Of a stretch of 64,000 nucleotides of DNA, positions 1-12,898 are shown piece after piece; the first letter of the stretch is position 1; each line of letters begins with the position of its first letter. Under the pieces are notes generated by a model, which made no database searches, had not been told where the DNA came from, and was given only the letters and a program-made list of their open reading frames with translations. The position numbers and the translations under genes were made by a program. Source of the DNA: Trichodelitschia bisporula. Its lineage: Eukaryota. The stretch spans positions 567,061 through 631,060 of the forward strand of contig ML996695.1 in the NCBI GenBank assembly GCA_010356995.1, in the 5' to 3' direction.

Positions 1-321
1 TAGTACCGTTTCAAAGCTCAGGAAGGTAGAGGAGTTGGAATGGTGTCGAAGGCGAAGGCTTATCTCTTTGCCATAGCCGGAGTTCAAGCCTAACACTGTC
101 AGATGTGCCAGGTAGCCTCAGAACCGGAAAATACCTAGCAGTCCCGCTTCATCTGGATAGAACTCGCAGAGTTTGCCGACTTTCCATCCCCGCTTCCGCA
201 TGATCGGTTTCACGCATGACGCGATCTTCCGCAGAAACAGTAACGCCTCATCCGAGCGTGGTAAGCTGCGAAGATGGACATATTCGCCAAAGTGGTTTTC
301 GTGGTCTACGGCTGGTGCCAT
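1..321 (-). CDS. WSS1: WLM-domain DNA-dependent metalloprotease (Wss1-like), 5' part; runs off window start. Exons 321-135, 89-<1
   Basis: LRKIASCVKPIMRKRGWKVGKLCEFYP..LLG; splicing the GT-AG intron 134-90 continues LNSGYGKEISLRLRH..FLSFETVL, typical of the WLM N-terminus. Confidence 0.88.
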
Positions 322-2826
322 GTTGAAAGTAGGATCGTACTGGTAGTTGATTTTGGGTGGAGGATCATAGTAACAGAGAAAGGCCTTGCGTAGTTTGCCC
401 AGTTTGGCGGTTTTGGGTGGTCACAATTAAATGTCCTGTGAATGGCCAAGGCGAAGAGTGAAGCAGACTCTTTGTATGAGTGGCAAGGAAGGTGAAAGAT
501 GGCGGTGAATGCAAGTAGAAGGAGGCCTTTGCAGCAGAGATCAGACAGATGTCGTGTACACACATGAGATGGAAGACTACCCCGCGGCGATAGTCCGCGG
601 CGGCGGCGAACGGACGCGTCAGCTGTGTCGAAATGATTAGCAAGCGAGGGCAGGAGGGCTTTCTCTCGCATTTAAGAACCTACAGAGGCCGGTACGACAG
701 AAGAGCTCTGCAGCAGCAGATAAGGCTACGGCTACTGTAGTCCAGCCTGATGCGCGATATTGATGAAGTGGGTCATGCAGCACCCCATGTGGCAGTTGCC
801 TGGTCCGATGCCCGATGGATCATCGATTTTCCGCTGAAGGACTGAGGCTTTGGTTCGCGGGTAACAGGATCCAGCCCGACCAAGGCGAACTCCAAAGAGC
901 CCCTTTGCTGACGACTCTACGTATCCCCATTGCATCGTTGAAGCACTGACGTTGCACATTCGTCATTGGCGGCAAGGCTCTCCGGTGACGTGAAAGGTCG
1001 TGGACGCTAAAAGCAGGGCAACCCGAACGGACGGGTCGCTATGGCTGATATCGATAAGAACTCAAAACACCTCTGCCTTCCCCGCAGTGGCACCGTCCCA
1101 ACGATTGGCCGTCAAACGCCCAAAACGTGATGCTGACCAATGGTGATAATCAGACTTGAACTTTGCGTTTTGAGTCAGACAATATTTGATCTCTGACTGG
1201 ACGACGATGGCGCAGACTTCCCCTACTATGGTATGAAGCTGCGTTTGAGCGCAAAGACTTTCCGATGTCGTTGAACAGCATCGCGTTTGAGTTCTCTCTG
1301 GCAGAGGTCATTCCGAGCAGCTAGACAATTTCCCGGTACCTTGTAGCTCTCGATAATTCTCAGTCACTACAGTACCGGTACGTGAAGGAGAACACGATTG
1401 TGTCGGGGATCGCCCCAATTCCTGCCGTGCCGTCAGAGCCTCTTTCGCCTCCATATCTTTGAGAGATTTGGCGTTGAAGAACGCGTATCACCGTGGGATG
1501 CGGACTTAAGCTCCTATCCTTCGGTGATATCGTGGTTCATCTGATTCCAAGGCGGGAAGCATCCGATTTGCTTGAACGAAGCCACCTCGTCTGTCCATGC
1601 CTATCTCTCAATGATGAGCTCTCCACAACTGCCATTATTACTTCTCAACCAATTATACAGGAAAGCCAAAAACCAAATGCCGGAAAAGAAGAAATACTAG
1701 AAGCATCTCCAAGCCGCTGAAGCCGCTGAAGCCGCGGGTGGCACACGCTCCATGGCGATCTTAGAGCTAACTTGGCGCTCGGGCGTTGCTGGGGTTTTGA
1801 GACTTCAGGTGCCTGGCAACACCGCCTGCGTTGTAAGGCTGAGTCCAATCATCGGAGACTTTGACCCTCGACAGGTCGTACAGCCATTCGCTCATCCGCC
1901 ATCTCGTAACTCGTTGCTGTCCCACCCCAGTTCTTCTCTCTTCCCTTCATCCTTTGCGACCAGCAGTTGCGTACAGCTTGCGCTGCCCCTTCTATGATCA
2001 TCGTTTGCATGTTTCCAACGTGAGATTTCAATTTGCACTACTACCATCTTTCTGCCAAGGCATTGGACTCTCCCCTCACCCAACCCTGTCGAATCGAGGC
2101 CGCGAAGACACAGGCACTTTGTACCTGTATGCCTGGAGCTCAAGTTTCGCGACGACCGCGCCCTCACCCGACCAGACGCGTCTGCCCGAGTCACAGCAAC
2201 GCCCTCTGCGCGCCGTTTCCCCCGCGACCGTTGCTCCTCTCTTAGCGATCGCCACGAGGCGACCCTCAAGATCCCTTTTCGAACGCGTTGAACACGGAAC
2301 AAAGTTCGGACGGAATACAGTTCTTGAACGAACATCAGACGATAGTCGCCTGGGAGCAGAGGCAGTGGGACAAGATCACCGAACGGTGCGGCACTTAGGT
2401 GTGCCGAAACTGGCTTGCCGGCGTGGAGATTCGGCATCACTGCTGGTGGCAAGTTGAGGACTTGAAGATACTGAGGCGGGGTGGCGGCTTAGAGATCAGA
2501 GTGGATGCGGGGAGACTCGGCGCTCAGGTCTGAGCAAAAGACCCATCCAGCATCTCGACAACTCAGCGTGGCGCGTTCCACGATCGCGGCTGTGATCAAA
2601 GCCGCAGCCTCTCGGCGTCAGATATCGCCGCGGAAACTATAGCATGCTGGTTGCTCTTGGAAACTACTTGACGTTATCTGAATCTCGCGGACCAACTCTC
2701 TCCTGTTTTCCACACCTGTCAGTCACTCCTTTTTCCTATTTTACGTACCTCACAACCATCATTCTCCTGGTGTTACCACGCTTCCTTCAACGTACGTGAG
2801 TGCGTGCTGAGCAAATGACAGACGCC

Positions 2827-5800
2827 ATGGAGGACAATTCTACGCAGCCTGCAACGCAGCAGGTGCTCGATCCGCGCCGGCTGGGCATCACCACCTCTAG
2901 TCTCAGTCCGCGGGACATATCAAACATCATGGTCATTCTCCATCCTTGTTCTCCGGCCGCATATCGTGTCGTTATGACGACGGCACAGCATTCCCCGCAA
3001 CACGTCCATCCCAACCAGGGCCTGGTGACCTTTGCCGACAGTGGCGATGAAGAGCAAGATACATTCATTGTGAAGAAAGAGCTCCTTTCTGATGTCGAGG
3101 ACATAGCCTTGCGCTTCAGTTCGATCCCCATCGCCCCTGGATCGGGATTCTGCTTCGGCCGCAACCCGAGGACTTGCGACATTGTACTCGATAACGATTC
3201 GACAAAGCGGATCAGCAACCTCCATTTCCGTATTTACGTTACCAACACCGGTGTTGTGATGTTGACGGACGTGTCCACGAACGGCACGGTCGTGGATGAG
3301 AAGCTCCTCAAAGGCAAAGTTAATGGAGCGGAAGTGCCTCTTAGACTGTCTACTAGGATGTTGAATCACGGCTCCATCATCCAAATCCCTTCGCCCCAAC
3401 CCGAGGAGTCGATCAAGTTCATCGTGCGGATACCATCGCGGGAAGGTTATTTCTCGGATTACGAGCGCAATTTCGAGCGGTTCGTCCTGCGTATGGAGCA
3501 TGATCGAGCCCAGAACCCCAACAAGCAAGCGGGACAGCCAGTGGGACCGCCGCTAATTACGATGCGTCCACGCGCGATGCTTCCGGGAAACCCGTATGGC
3601 ATGCACTGGGATGGTGGCGATGAATACAACATTGTTGGCCAACTTGGCAAGGGGGCGTTTGCAACGGTCTATCGACTCGCCACCAAGATGGATGGGCAGT
3701 TCTATGCAGCAAAGGAACTTGAGAAGCGGCGGTTCATGAAGAACGGGAGACTCGACCTAAAGCTTCATAACGAGATGGAGATCATGAAGTCCATTCGTCA
3801 CAACAACATCGTCAATTTCGTCAGCTACCGAGAGTTCAAGGATCACCTCTACATCATCATGGAGTATGTGCCATGCGGCGACTTGCAGGGCTATTTGCAA
3901 AGGCACGGCGTGCTTCCGGAACCAGATGCCAAGCTCATGTCGCGTCAAATCTTCGATGCCCTGGCGTATCTTCACTCGAAAAAGATCACTCATCGAGACA
4001 TCAAGCCGGACAATATCCTCATCGCTTGCGATGATCCGTTTGTCGTGAAGCTGTCCGACTTCGGCCTTTCCAAGGTGGTGTCGAACAACGAGACGTTCCT
4101 CAAGACTTTTTGTGGAACGCTACTCTACTGTGCGCCCGAGGTCTTCCCGCATTATGAAGATCATTTGAAGAAGGGCACAAAGCGGCGGCGTTCGGGCTCA
4201 AACGGGCATCCTGGATTTCATTCCTACAGCCAGTCTGTCGACATCTGGTCTTACGCTGCCGTTCTATGGTATGCGCTTTGTGGTAAGCCGCCATTCGAGG
4301 GCGTTAGCGACCACACTGGACGTGGTATGTTTGAGAAGATCATGGGGACGAATCTCAGCATCGAACCGCTCCGCGCGCAAGGCGTATCAATGACTGCGGT
4401 GGCTCTCTTAGCCACTATGCTGAACACGGATCCCTCGAAGCGGCCGGGGCCCCGTCAGTGCCTGGAACATGACTGGCTGGCTACGCTTGAGAGTCGACCT
4501 TCCGTCGCGACGGGTCTTGGGTTGAGTGCTATTCCTGAAGGCAACGAGGACGAAGTTCATCGTGGTACGGATGCTCTTTCACAACTGAGTATCCGCGAAG
4601 AACCTGGAGATGAGTATGGCGATTTCGAGTGGGATTCCCAGGACTTGGACCTGCTGGTTGCGCCGCGCATGTCCAAGCGGTTCAAGCAAGAGCACTACCT
4701 TGCCCCTGATCAGATACGGGACCCTGAGCCCATTCCTTCATCCAGCCCGGACTCGGCGAGCCATGACGAGGCAAACGAGATGATTAATATGCACAAAACA
4801 CCTCGTCCTGCGCAACCAGCTCGACTGTTTGGGGAAATCGGTGTCTCCGCGCTTCAGAGCTCTGGCGTCCTTGGAGCGCACACCAATGTTGCTCTGAGGA
4901 TGTCTTCACAGATGCCAGAAAATAACCATCTTGCCGCCAAGGCCAAGGGTCACGACGACTTTGATAATGGCAACTTCTCTGCGCTCGAGCGGCGGCTCAC
5001 TAAGTTTGTCAACGGCCAAGAAGATTCCCAGGGAGGGGCCGCTTCCAGTTTGCTTGGGGCAGAATCGCTCGTCCGCGAGATGAACATGGAGTCACCACTT
5101 TCCGCTCCTTCCCCTGACGAAGTTGCACTCGAGCAACCCGGTCCGCACACGCCCCAACTAATTTCACAGGCTCCAGGTGCGCAGAACGCTGGCTCCGACC
5201 AACTTTCCCTCGATGCTACCCCGAAGCCCAAACCAAACCCCTTTGGCCGCTGCATCCAAGCGCCTTCGGGTAGCAGTTTCTTTAACCGTTTAATTGAACC
5301 TCCCACCGACGGCCTCGAGGAGGAAACCGGCACCATGGGCAACTACCTCTCACAGCACGTCCCTGAGACCAACCGTCCCGTTACCGAAGCATCCGAAGAT
5401 GACTTGCACGATCCTCCAACTGAAGAGGACAACATGGACAACCCCATTACTCCTCGCAACCGTACTACCATCGCCAATGGCATCCCCAACACTGCCTCCC
5501 ATTCTTGGCGGTCGGAAAACAGCAATAGGGTTCTGCTCGCTGAGCAGAGCATCCCTCCCGCTCTGAATGCGGACGCACTCGTCCCCATTTACGGTCGCCT
5601 CATGAGCACTCCGGATTCCTTCGTGAACATCACCATCAACATCACGAGCCGCGTGACAACCTGGGGTCGCGCCCGCAACAACACGGTCGTGTACCCCGAC
5701 GCCATGGACGTACGCATCTCGAAGATTGCCGTCGCCATCTTCCTCCACGCTCCGAACATCGAGGCCTACGAGGCTTCCGGCGGCGACTGGACCAAAATGC

Positions 5801-6075
5801 CCGGTCTGACCAGCTTTGTCAAGACCAAGGCGACAAACGGCATCTTCATCAACGGGATTCGTCTCAAGGATGTCGGCCCCGACGGCGAGGACCTCTGTGG
5901 GCGCATCTACACCGGTGACGAGATCACGGCGTACTCGAGCACGAGCAACCCCAACTGTGTCTTGCGCTTCCGGTGTGAGTTCTTCGTGGGTAGGGGCAGG
6001 GAACGGCGGCCTGGGCTCGAGCCCTTTGAAGTCATGCAAGCGATCAAGGCGGCGAATGAACCTGCTCTTTCCTAG
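2827..6075 (+). CDS. RAD53: FHA-kinase-FHA checkpoint kinase (Rad53/Cds1/Chk2 family), single exon
   Basis: N-terminal TQ cluster (STQPATQQ), FHA1 (FCFGRN..ISNLHF..STNGT), kinase motifs GKGAFATV, HRDIKPDN, DFGLSK, TFCGTLLYCAPE, second FHA (TWGRA..NGIFING). ATG 2827 chosen by context; the ORF is open from 2800. Confidence 0.9.
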   Translation: MEDNSTQPATQQVLDPRRLGITTSSLSPRDISNIMVILHPCSPAAYRVVMTTAQHSPQHVHPNQGLVTFADSGDEEQDTFIVKKELLSDVEDIALRFSSIPIAPGSGFCFGRNPRTCDIVLDNDSTKRISNLHFRIYVTNTGVVMLTDVSTNGTVVDEKLLKGKVNGAEVPLRLSTRMLNHGSIIQIPSPQPEESIKFIVRIPSREGYFSDYERNFERFVLRMEHDRAQNPNKQAGQPVGPPLITMRPRAMLPGNPYGMHWDGGDEYNIVGQLGKGAFATVYRLATKMDGQFYAAKELEKRRFMKNGRLDLKLHNEMEIMKSIRHNNIVNFVSYREFKDHLYIIMEYVPCGDLQGYLQRHGVLPEPDAKLMSRQIFDALAYLHSKKITHRDIKPDNILIACDDPFVVKLSDFGLSKVVSNNETFLKTFCGTLLYCAPEVFPHYEDHLKKGTKRRRSGSNGHPGFHSYSQSVDIWSYAAVLWYALCGKPPFEGVSDHTGRGMFEKIMGTNLSIEPLRAQGVSMTAVALLATMLNTDPSKRPGPRQCLEHDWLATLESRPSVATGLGLSAIPEGNEDEVHRGTDALSQLSIREEPGDEYGDFEWDSQDLDLLVAPRMSKRFKQEHYLAPDQIRDPEPIPSSSPDSASHDEANEMINMHKTPRPAQPARLFGEIGVSALQSSGVLGAHTNVALRMSSQMPENNHLAAKAKGHDDFDNGNFSALERRLTKFVNGQEDSQGGAASSLLGAESLVREMNMESPLSAPSPDEVALEQPGPHTPQLISQAPGAQNAGSDQLSLDATPKPKPNPFGRCIQAPSGSSFFNRLIEPPTDGLEEETGTMGNYLSQHVPETNRPVTEASEDDLHDPPTEEDNMDNPITPRNRTTIANGIPNTASHSWRSENSNRVLLAEQSIPPALNADALVPIYGRLMSTPDSFVNITINITSRVTTWGRARNNTVVYPDAMDVRISKIAVAIFLHAPNIEAYEASGGDWTKMPGLTSFVKTKATNGIFINGIRLKDVGPDGEDLCGRIYTGDEITAYSSTSNPNCVLRFRCEFFVGRGRERRPGLEPFEVMQAIKAANEPALS

Positions 6076-9000
6076 GGGTTGAAGAGCTGGATAGGCTGGG
6101 GGCGACTGTTTACTGCTGGATACCTCTTTGCGCGTGGAAAGGGGGGGGTGTGGCATGTTTGACATGGTGTTCTCTGGCATATGGGCTCGGCGCTGCTTGT
6201 TCTTTGATCTTCGGGTATGATGGCGATGGGGGTCTGTAGCTGCTGTTTGTATGTAGCAATGGACGATTCTCTCTCAACCCGGGGCGTGATGGCGACTGTG
6301 AGGTGTATCAACACTCTTTGTCCTGTGAGCACGTTTGGCAGTCGCGACTTGACCAAGGGTCCAGATGTCATCATCACCAACATAGGGGAAGGTAGGCCCT
6401 TGACTGACCTGAATCCCTTTAGATCAGCTACGACCGTTGTAATGCGTATCAAGCAGTCGCAACACCCTCACTGCCGCCGAATAACCCAATCAGGACCATA
6501 ACGATGCATCACGAGCGCTTGAAACCTTTCTCGTCCTCAACCGCCATCAACGAGCGTAATCCCCTCAGCCTGCAGTTCTATTTCATGCCGAACCGTGGAT
6601 CCACCGCCCAAAGTGGTGGCAAACGCCCCAATCACCATATTCACCATTGCCTCACGCCAGGTGATTGAAACAGCACTGGGCCTCAAATCTATCCTCACCT
6701 TCCTCCTCCCCGTCCGTCCATCTCAACATGAGCCATCTCGTAACGCCTTATTAACCACGGGAGATACATCTGCATGTACCTCCCTCGATCCGTCCCCCAG
6801 CAGCCCGATCCGTCTGCCAACACCAATCTCTCGGACGCATCGATCCTACCCCCCTGATTCCCGTTCCTCTAGCCCGGTCACCGGATTAACTGCACCATAA
6901 CATGGATGCATCTTTTATTCCCGCCTGGTTGGCGGATATACTGCATCGATACTCTGTTTCTAAGAATGTCGGGGCAGACACCATCACCGACAGGAAAGGG
7001 CACTATACACGGGCGTCACGTCGGCAGTGCAGCAGGAGGGGGTCTGGTGTGCGAAGGTGAGTGGTTGTGTAGGCGAGGCCGTTTCGATGGCAGACGTTGT
7101 GACGGGGCACAAGTTGTGTGATGGGGACGGGTGGCTGTGTGGACTGCCTCTAATGGAAGAGTGATGGGAGTGACTGTGTGATCTGCGTCAGCTGGAAGGT
7201 AAGTGATGGAGTGCTATCTAATCTGCGCCGCCGGCGAGTACTACAGTAACGTGGGATATCGTGGGGAGTTCCTCCGTCAGTGCAGGATGGGTGTATGGAT
7301 CAAGGTTGAATAGGAATGCACGACGTGTTTAGGCAGGATCCTGGACGTACAGTACAAGGGCCAAATGGACCGGGCGCTGTGGGACTTGAGGTACCTTCTG
7401 AGCCGGTTCGGAAGGGGAGGCTCTGCTCTGCTCATTCCCTCGAGCTGTGGTGCTGATTCCGTCGAAAATTGCCAGTCCGCTGAGTATCTGCTTTCTTGAT
7501 TGGGAACTGCTCTCAAGAGGTATGGCAATGTCTAGTTTGCTAACATATCGAAGTAATGGCAGGCTATGTTCACGACAGTATCATTCTATCAGCAAGCTGA
7601 GAAGGGGTTCAGTGTGATCCTCCATATGACGGCCCTGAGTTCAACTGATCTCCTATCATTCCCAGAACGGGGCCTTCCTCCCTCCCCAAACCCCCTTTCG
7701 CACCCCGAAGGCATCCAAGCCGCGGCCTACCCAACAACCAGGAACCAACAACATTCCGGCACGATGAAACAATTGAACCCATGTCCCACCCCGGAGACCG
7801 CAGTTCCTCAACCTAACGACCCGATCACTCACCGGTCTTTCCTCCCGGTCGCACACGCGAACTCCCCGTGGCGGAAGGATGCACATCGCGAACTGCGCCT
7901 CCCCCCCCCCCAGCAGATTATCTGCCCAGGACCGTGGATCCAGTCCCGGGGCCTCATATCTTACGCCCGGCAGCTCACACTGAAGGACACAGTGATTTGC
8001 AGTGCTTGTGCCCACTGCGGCCTCAACGCGCCAGCGATCCTGACATCGTACTGGACTCAAGAGCGGCATGTTATGCGTTTGCCTTACGGCGCTTGCGACT
8101 CGCTAACAGGTAGATACGAGTTGCGGCCAAGGCTTCTCGAAGGCCAGGGGGAGATCAGAACAGGCCGTGCTTTGGGCTAGTTCTAGTGGCTGGGGAAGCG
8201 TGAAACTAGCACGACGTGTTGCCATGCTGAGCCGCAACTCATCTTATCTTATCCTATCGTGGACGCAGTCGACGTGGTGCATCTGCGGTTTGGCCGCTCT
8301 GCTCTCCTTGCGCACTTGGCTTTCGATATCTTCCAGTAGAACGTGGCGTAGAAGCGTGCCCGCGAGTCAATCTGTGTTCTGCGGTGCGTGCGAACAAAGC
8401 CACTAACATGCCAATATCTCGCACTGCCGACAAACGCTCTATGCGCCATCGCCCATGACGCCCACAGCCTCCACTTCGATATTCACGATCAGTACGAGAG
8501 TATTGCCCAGCCACACAGCCCACATCATCGTAAAGACATGTCAGGCGCCTGCAGGCTGTCAACCACATCATGCATTATGGTATGGTACCCGACGGAACAC
8601 AGCAGCATAGCCTTCACCCACCTGCGGCGCCACACCACGCGCACCCCACGCCGGAGCAAAGAGCGGGGAAAGTCGGGCATCAACGCCAGGAAAATGTCTC
8701 TGATCAAAACTCCCGCTTAGCGACCACGGACCGCGAACCGCGCGGCGGAGGCAGCTATCCAGACCAAACAAAGGCAACCGTTAGCAATCCTCCGACTACC
8801 AGTAACGTTACAGTATCACACTCCGCGCCTGCATCCACATCGGCCATAACTCCCTCTTCATGACCAACCCCGCGATCGGCACCACTTGATTAAACCCGCG
8901 GCCTCAGCTAAGTACAATAGCAGGTACCGCTCCCTCGCCGATCCCAAAGAGATACAGATCCCGCGGCGGTAGCAGCAAGGCAGAACGAGGCAACCGCCCG

Positions 9001-9749
9001 ATCACGGGTTCCTGGCCCACTGGGAAGCCGTCCCGCGCCGTGGGATGCTCGGCACGGCCCCGCGTTTGTGTTGCAGGGGAGTGTTGTGGCCCGTTGCACT
9101 GGGGCTGGGGGGATGGGGGGCGGGCCGTGGGTTGCAGGGGTTTTGTGGGAGTATTGAATGACTACTGACTTGTGGGGGGGAAGCCTCGAGTCGCCTTGTT
9201 TTTGGTATGTTGGGGTAGCGGGTGAGGCAGTGGAGGATTTATTTTGATGGGGTACAGGGTGAGGCGGCGGCTTGCGCGCATCGTGGGTGCCGCCTAGTTG
9301 CCTCCTTTATGGAGTGCGCGGAGAGTGCGTTACGTGCGCTGGGTGGTTCTTCGAAAAGGGGTGTGGGCTGCTGTTTGCTGTGGGGCAGGGACGTATGATT
9401 TTTGTCGGACGGTCGAATGGCCTGCAGTATGGAGGGGGTGGTGGTACTGGCCGGACAGGAATCGGTGATACTGCTCGAGGTCTATGTCAAAGCACTCGGA
9501 CATACCATTGTATCAGGGGCTGAGAGCATTGAAAGTGCCGAAGCAACCAAAAAAATCGAGCGTTGTGAGCTGCATTAGAGTAAAGAAGAGTTTCCAAAGT
9601 CACCCTCCACCATGTGCTTCCTTGAAAACGGGTATCGGCCACCTGCTATCATCAAGTCGTCATTCATCGCAGGCCCGCCATATCATCCAGAACCCTTGTA
9701 ACCAAAATCGTTGGATGGTTCGCAGCATAGAACGTGCAAAACAGCGCCT

Positions 9750-11135
9750 CTAAGACAGATGCCTAAGCGGAATTCCATCGCCGATCTTCCACTCTCCATC
9801 CTCATTTTTGACAATGAGACCCTCCTCATACAGCCATCGCTCCAAAACGGGATCCACCTTGTCCTCCCTGTAGCTGCCCTTATTGGGATTTTTCTTCCTC
9901 TCCTCGTAATGTCCGCCGAGATGCTCCATCAGAGCGTCCCAGGTGTAATCATTGCCGAACCTCTGTTCGCACTGTGGACAGCGTGAGAACGGTGGGTTTG
10001 TCCTAAGATCTTCGTGGCAGCGCTCTTGGAGTTGAATGAGAACATCCTCGGGCACCTTCTGCAGGTCGCCGTTTGCAAGTGGAGGGTTTGGGTTGTGCAA
10101 GCGACGGACATGTTGCGTGAACAGATCCTTGCGATTGAAATCGTTGTAGACAGGGTTGAGATGGTCGGAACCTGGTGAGCAGAGATCGCAGCGCCATCTC
10201 TCGAGCTGGATGTGTTTGGTCCTGACGTGTCGCTTCCATTCGTTCTTGGAGGTGAACGTCATGAAGCAGCCATAGCGCGCAAGAACGCACGGAAACGGTT
10301 GTGCCTTTTCCTGCACGCTCAGCTTCTTGCTCTTGCTCTTCTTCACGCCATGTTGGCCCATGGTGCTGCTTCCCGTCGGGGCGGTGCGATTGCAGGGTAT
10401 AGCTGGGCGGCCAGCTGTTGGAGAGATGGGCTTGCGCTTGGATCGCTTGGCCGTGCCAGATGGCTTCCATTCCCTGTCCGACTCATCTTTCACCATCGGA
10501 GTAGGTGGAGAATTCTCATCATCGAGGGCCGAGTCACCAAGGCCTTCATCCTCGTGCGGGGGTGTTGGCGGGCGAGGAGGCCGGCAAAGGAGGTGTTGGT
10601 AGTCGAAGACGTGATTGCTCTCGGGTTCTGGCAACTCCTCTTTATAGCTCGGTTCTGGCTCCGCAAACTCCTGAACGTCGGATAGGGCAATGCAGTCACC
10701 TCCGGAACCATGGCCTGCCAGGTTCTGGTAAAGTTCCGGGCTCCACGTACCTCTCGAGATGGAGTGAGACGAGTAACCAGTTAGAAGGTACGAGCCTACT
10801 TCGTGCTGAGCTGCAGACTGGCTGTCAAGGCTGGATGCCGATTCCTCGGAAGGAGAAGGATGTCTCTGGAATCCATCTGGCATATCCAAGCCGAGCGGCT
10901 GTGGGAGGTAGAACTGGCCAAGCCCTCTGTCACCGTTCACATCGAGTGCATACTGGAGATCCGTCGGGGGAAGAAGGTGCTTGTCAAGGTCAATTTCCTG
11001 GATCAAAGGGTACAGTTCCGACGATGGGTGTTGGTAGGGCCAGCGCTGCTGACACCCTTCGTGAATACCAACTAGCTGATCGCCATCATACATCGTACTG
11101 TTGAAGCTGAGGCGCGTCATGGCACTTAAATCCAT
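9750..11135 (-). CDS. C2H2 zinc-finger transcription factor (ZF-A); start uncertain
   Basis: PFPCVLARYGCFMTFTSKNEWKRHVRTKH, WRCDLC..FNRKDLFTQHVRRLH, CPQC..WDALMEHLGGH; first in-frame ATG at 11135. Confidence 0.85.
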   Translation of the reverse strand: MDLSAMTRLSFNSTMYDGDQLVGIHEGCQQRWPYQHPSSELYPLIQEIDLDKHLLPPTDLQYALDVNGDRGLGQFYLPQPLGLDMPDGFQRHPSPSEESASSLDSQSAAQHEVGSYLLTGYSSHSISRGTWSPELYQNLAGHGSGGDCIALSDVQEFAEPEPSYKEELPEPESNHVFDYQHLLCRPPRPPTPPHEDEGLGDSALDDENSPPTPMVKDESDREWKPSGTAKRSKRKPISPTAGRPAIPCNRTAPTGSSTMGQHGVKKSKSKKLSVQEKAQPFPCVLARYGCFMTFTSKNEWKRHVRTKHIQLERWRCDLCSPGSDHLNPVYNDFNRKDLFTQHVRRLHNPNPPLANGDLQKVPEDVLIQLQERCHEDLRTNPPFSRCPQCEQRFGNDYTWDALMEHLGGHYEERKKNPNKGSYREDKVDPVLERWLYEEGLIVKNEDGEWKIGDGIPLRHLS

Positions 11136-12898
11136 TGAGACGGTGAATAGAGCAGCTGAATGTTGGCTGGACAGGGCAGGAGTCTCCTGAGGCAAATTGA
11201 GAGGCCTTTCCAGGAAGTTTGACCAGAGGGGGGATAAGGCATCGACCGGGCGGAGGTGATGAAGCGTTCGTCGGTAAAGTTCAGGGCGATACGGTATACT
11301 GGATATATATGCGGATGAACCCAGAACGAGGTGCCAAGAGTGAGGTCGAATGGTACAAGGTGTGGTGTGTGGCAGGGCGGATTCGAAACGTAGGCGAAAA
11401 GATAGTGAGGGGTGCAGCCAGAAAATGGGACGCGTTTACACAGCCTCCAAGATCCTCATCTTGGCCATGGTGTGCGGGAGCATATTAAGTACTGGCTGTC
11501 CTCGAAGAGCCTCATCCCCAAAATCAGCCCTAGCCCTCCGCAAGTCTATTGGAGTTCTCGCGCGTCAAAAAACCCCTGCGTTATAGCCCCCCACGGACCA
11601 GTCATTCAAACCGAGTATGCAGGATCGAGAGGGCCTTAGACTCTCCAGCTCAAGGAACGGGTGGATGGTGTGCAGGAGTAAAAGCAATGCCAATGACACA
11701 CCATCATGGCCATCGACTTGGCTTCGATACGCCCCCTCGACATGGACAGAACATGGGGATGCGGACTACCGTGCGTTGTACAAAGCCACGCCGCCAGCAC
11801 AACCCGTTTGACGGAGAGAGCGGGTAAGTCGAACAATTGTGATCCGTACCATCCGTACATCCGTACATCATATCCGCTCGTTCCCATAACCTTCGCCTCC
11901 TGGTGGTTGCCAGAGAAAGGGTCTATCGTCCACTTTGCACGATCTTTTCCTTAAACGTTAACGGATGCTCGATACATTAGCACAAACCAAACTTTGTGAG
12001 AAGGAGCTACAAGCAAGTAGTCTGGAGGATGTGTGGAGAGGGAATGGCTGAGGAGGAGACAGGGATTGTGAGCTCACTGAAAGTTCACTTCATTGGAGGA
12101 TGCGAAGAGGTGGGGATAATCTCTCGAGGGAACTGAACTTCAGGCATCAAATATTTGACAGGGGACCCGCTGGCTGTGCGACAAGCCGAGCGATGTTAAC
12201 GAGCCAGAATAGGTCGACGCGTGATGGAGGCCGGAGTGCATGGTAAGATGGTGATGCTAGTCCCCTGCCAGTTTCCAGTGCGTTGAGTGGCTTAATCTCG
12301 AAAACAGATACCTTCTTAGACAATGCAATGCCTACCATGGTGGAGAGGCTTGTGCAGAACTTCTCGAGAGCCTGTTGGTTCGTGAGCCAGGTGGAGGTTT
12401 GTTGCCTTGTCTGCGTGCGCCACAGATCGTTTGGATTGGCTGGAGACTACAGCGTGAAGCGAATCTGGCTGAGAAGTCGACTGGGGTTGCGGAGAAGCTG
12501 AAAAAAACAAAAGTAGATGAGGCTCTGCTGCTTCAAAGAGTGAAATCAGGGCGGTACGGGCACAGCCGCCGCTGGCCGATGCATCCCGGTTGAATCTAGC
12601 GGCAGGATTGAGTCCACAGCACGTCTGCAGATATTACCATTCCGTAGGTAAATCGAAGGCAAGGGTTCGGAATTTCGGAGCTCTTGCGTGGTCCAATCTC
12701 TGTATTTACCTCATGCCGCAGTTTCGCATGTAATTCTGCCTCGCCAGCAGCTTGGTTAGCGTAATCCTACCCTGCACAGCCCTGGAACCGTCATGCCGTT
12801 GCGGACATCTCACACAAAACGGGGCTTCCAGGCGAACCGTATCACGTCACTAGGTGGGTGGACAGCATACGACGGCCAAAAATCTAAGACATTACTAG

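Noticed and set aside
1711..1735. Short tandem repeat of AGCCGCTGA, similar CATCCGTA repeats near 11850, and GCCGAA repeats at 52511-52567
   Set aside because: Too short to assign; no spacer structure, so not CRISPR-like
5350..6180. Long antisense ORFs over RAD53 (also over SNU114, ERG10 and ZF-B)
   Set aside because: Shadow ORFs expected from GC-rich codon bias; no recognisable motifs
12147..12338. CCACCATG followed by GTAGGC as a possible ATG-only first exon of ZF-A
   Set aside because: Needs a ~1.15-kb intron with a weak branch point; unsupported without transcripts
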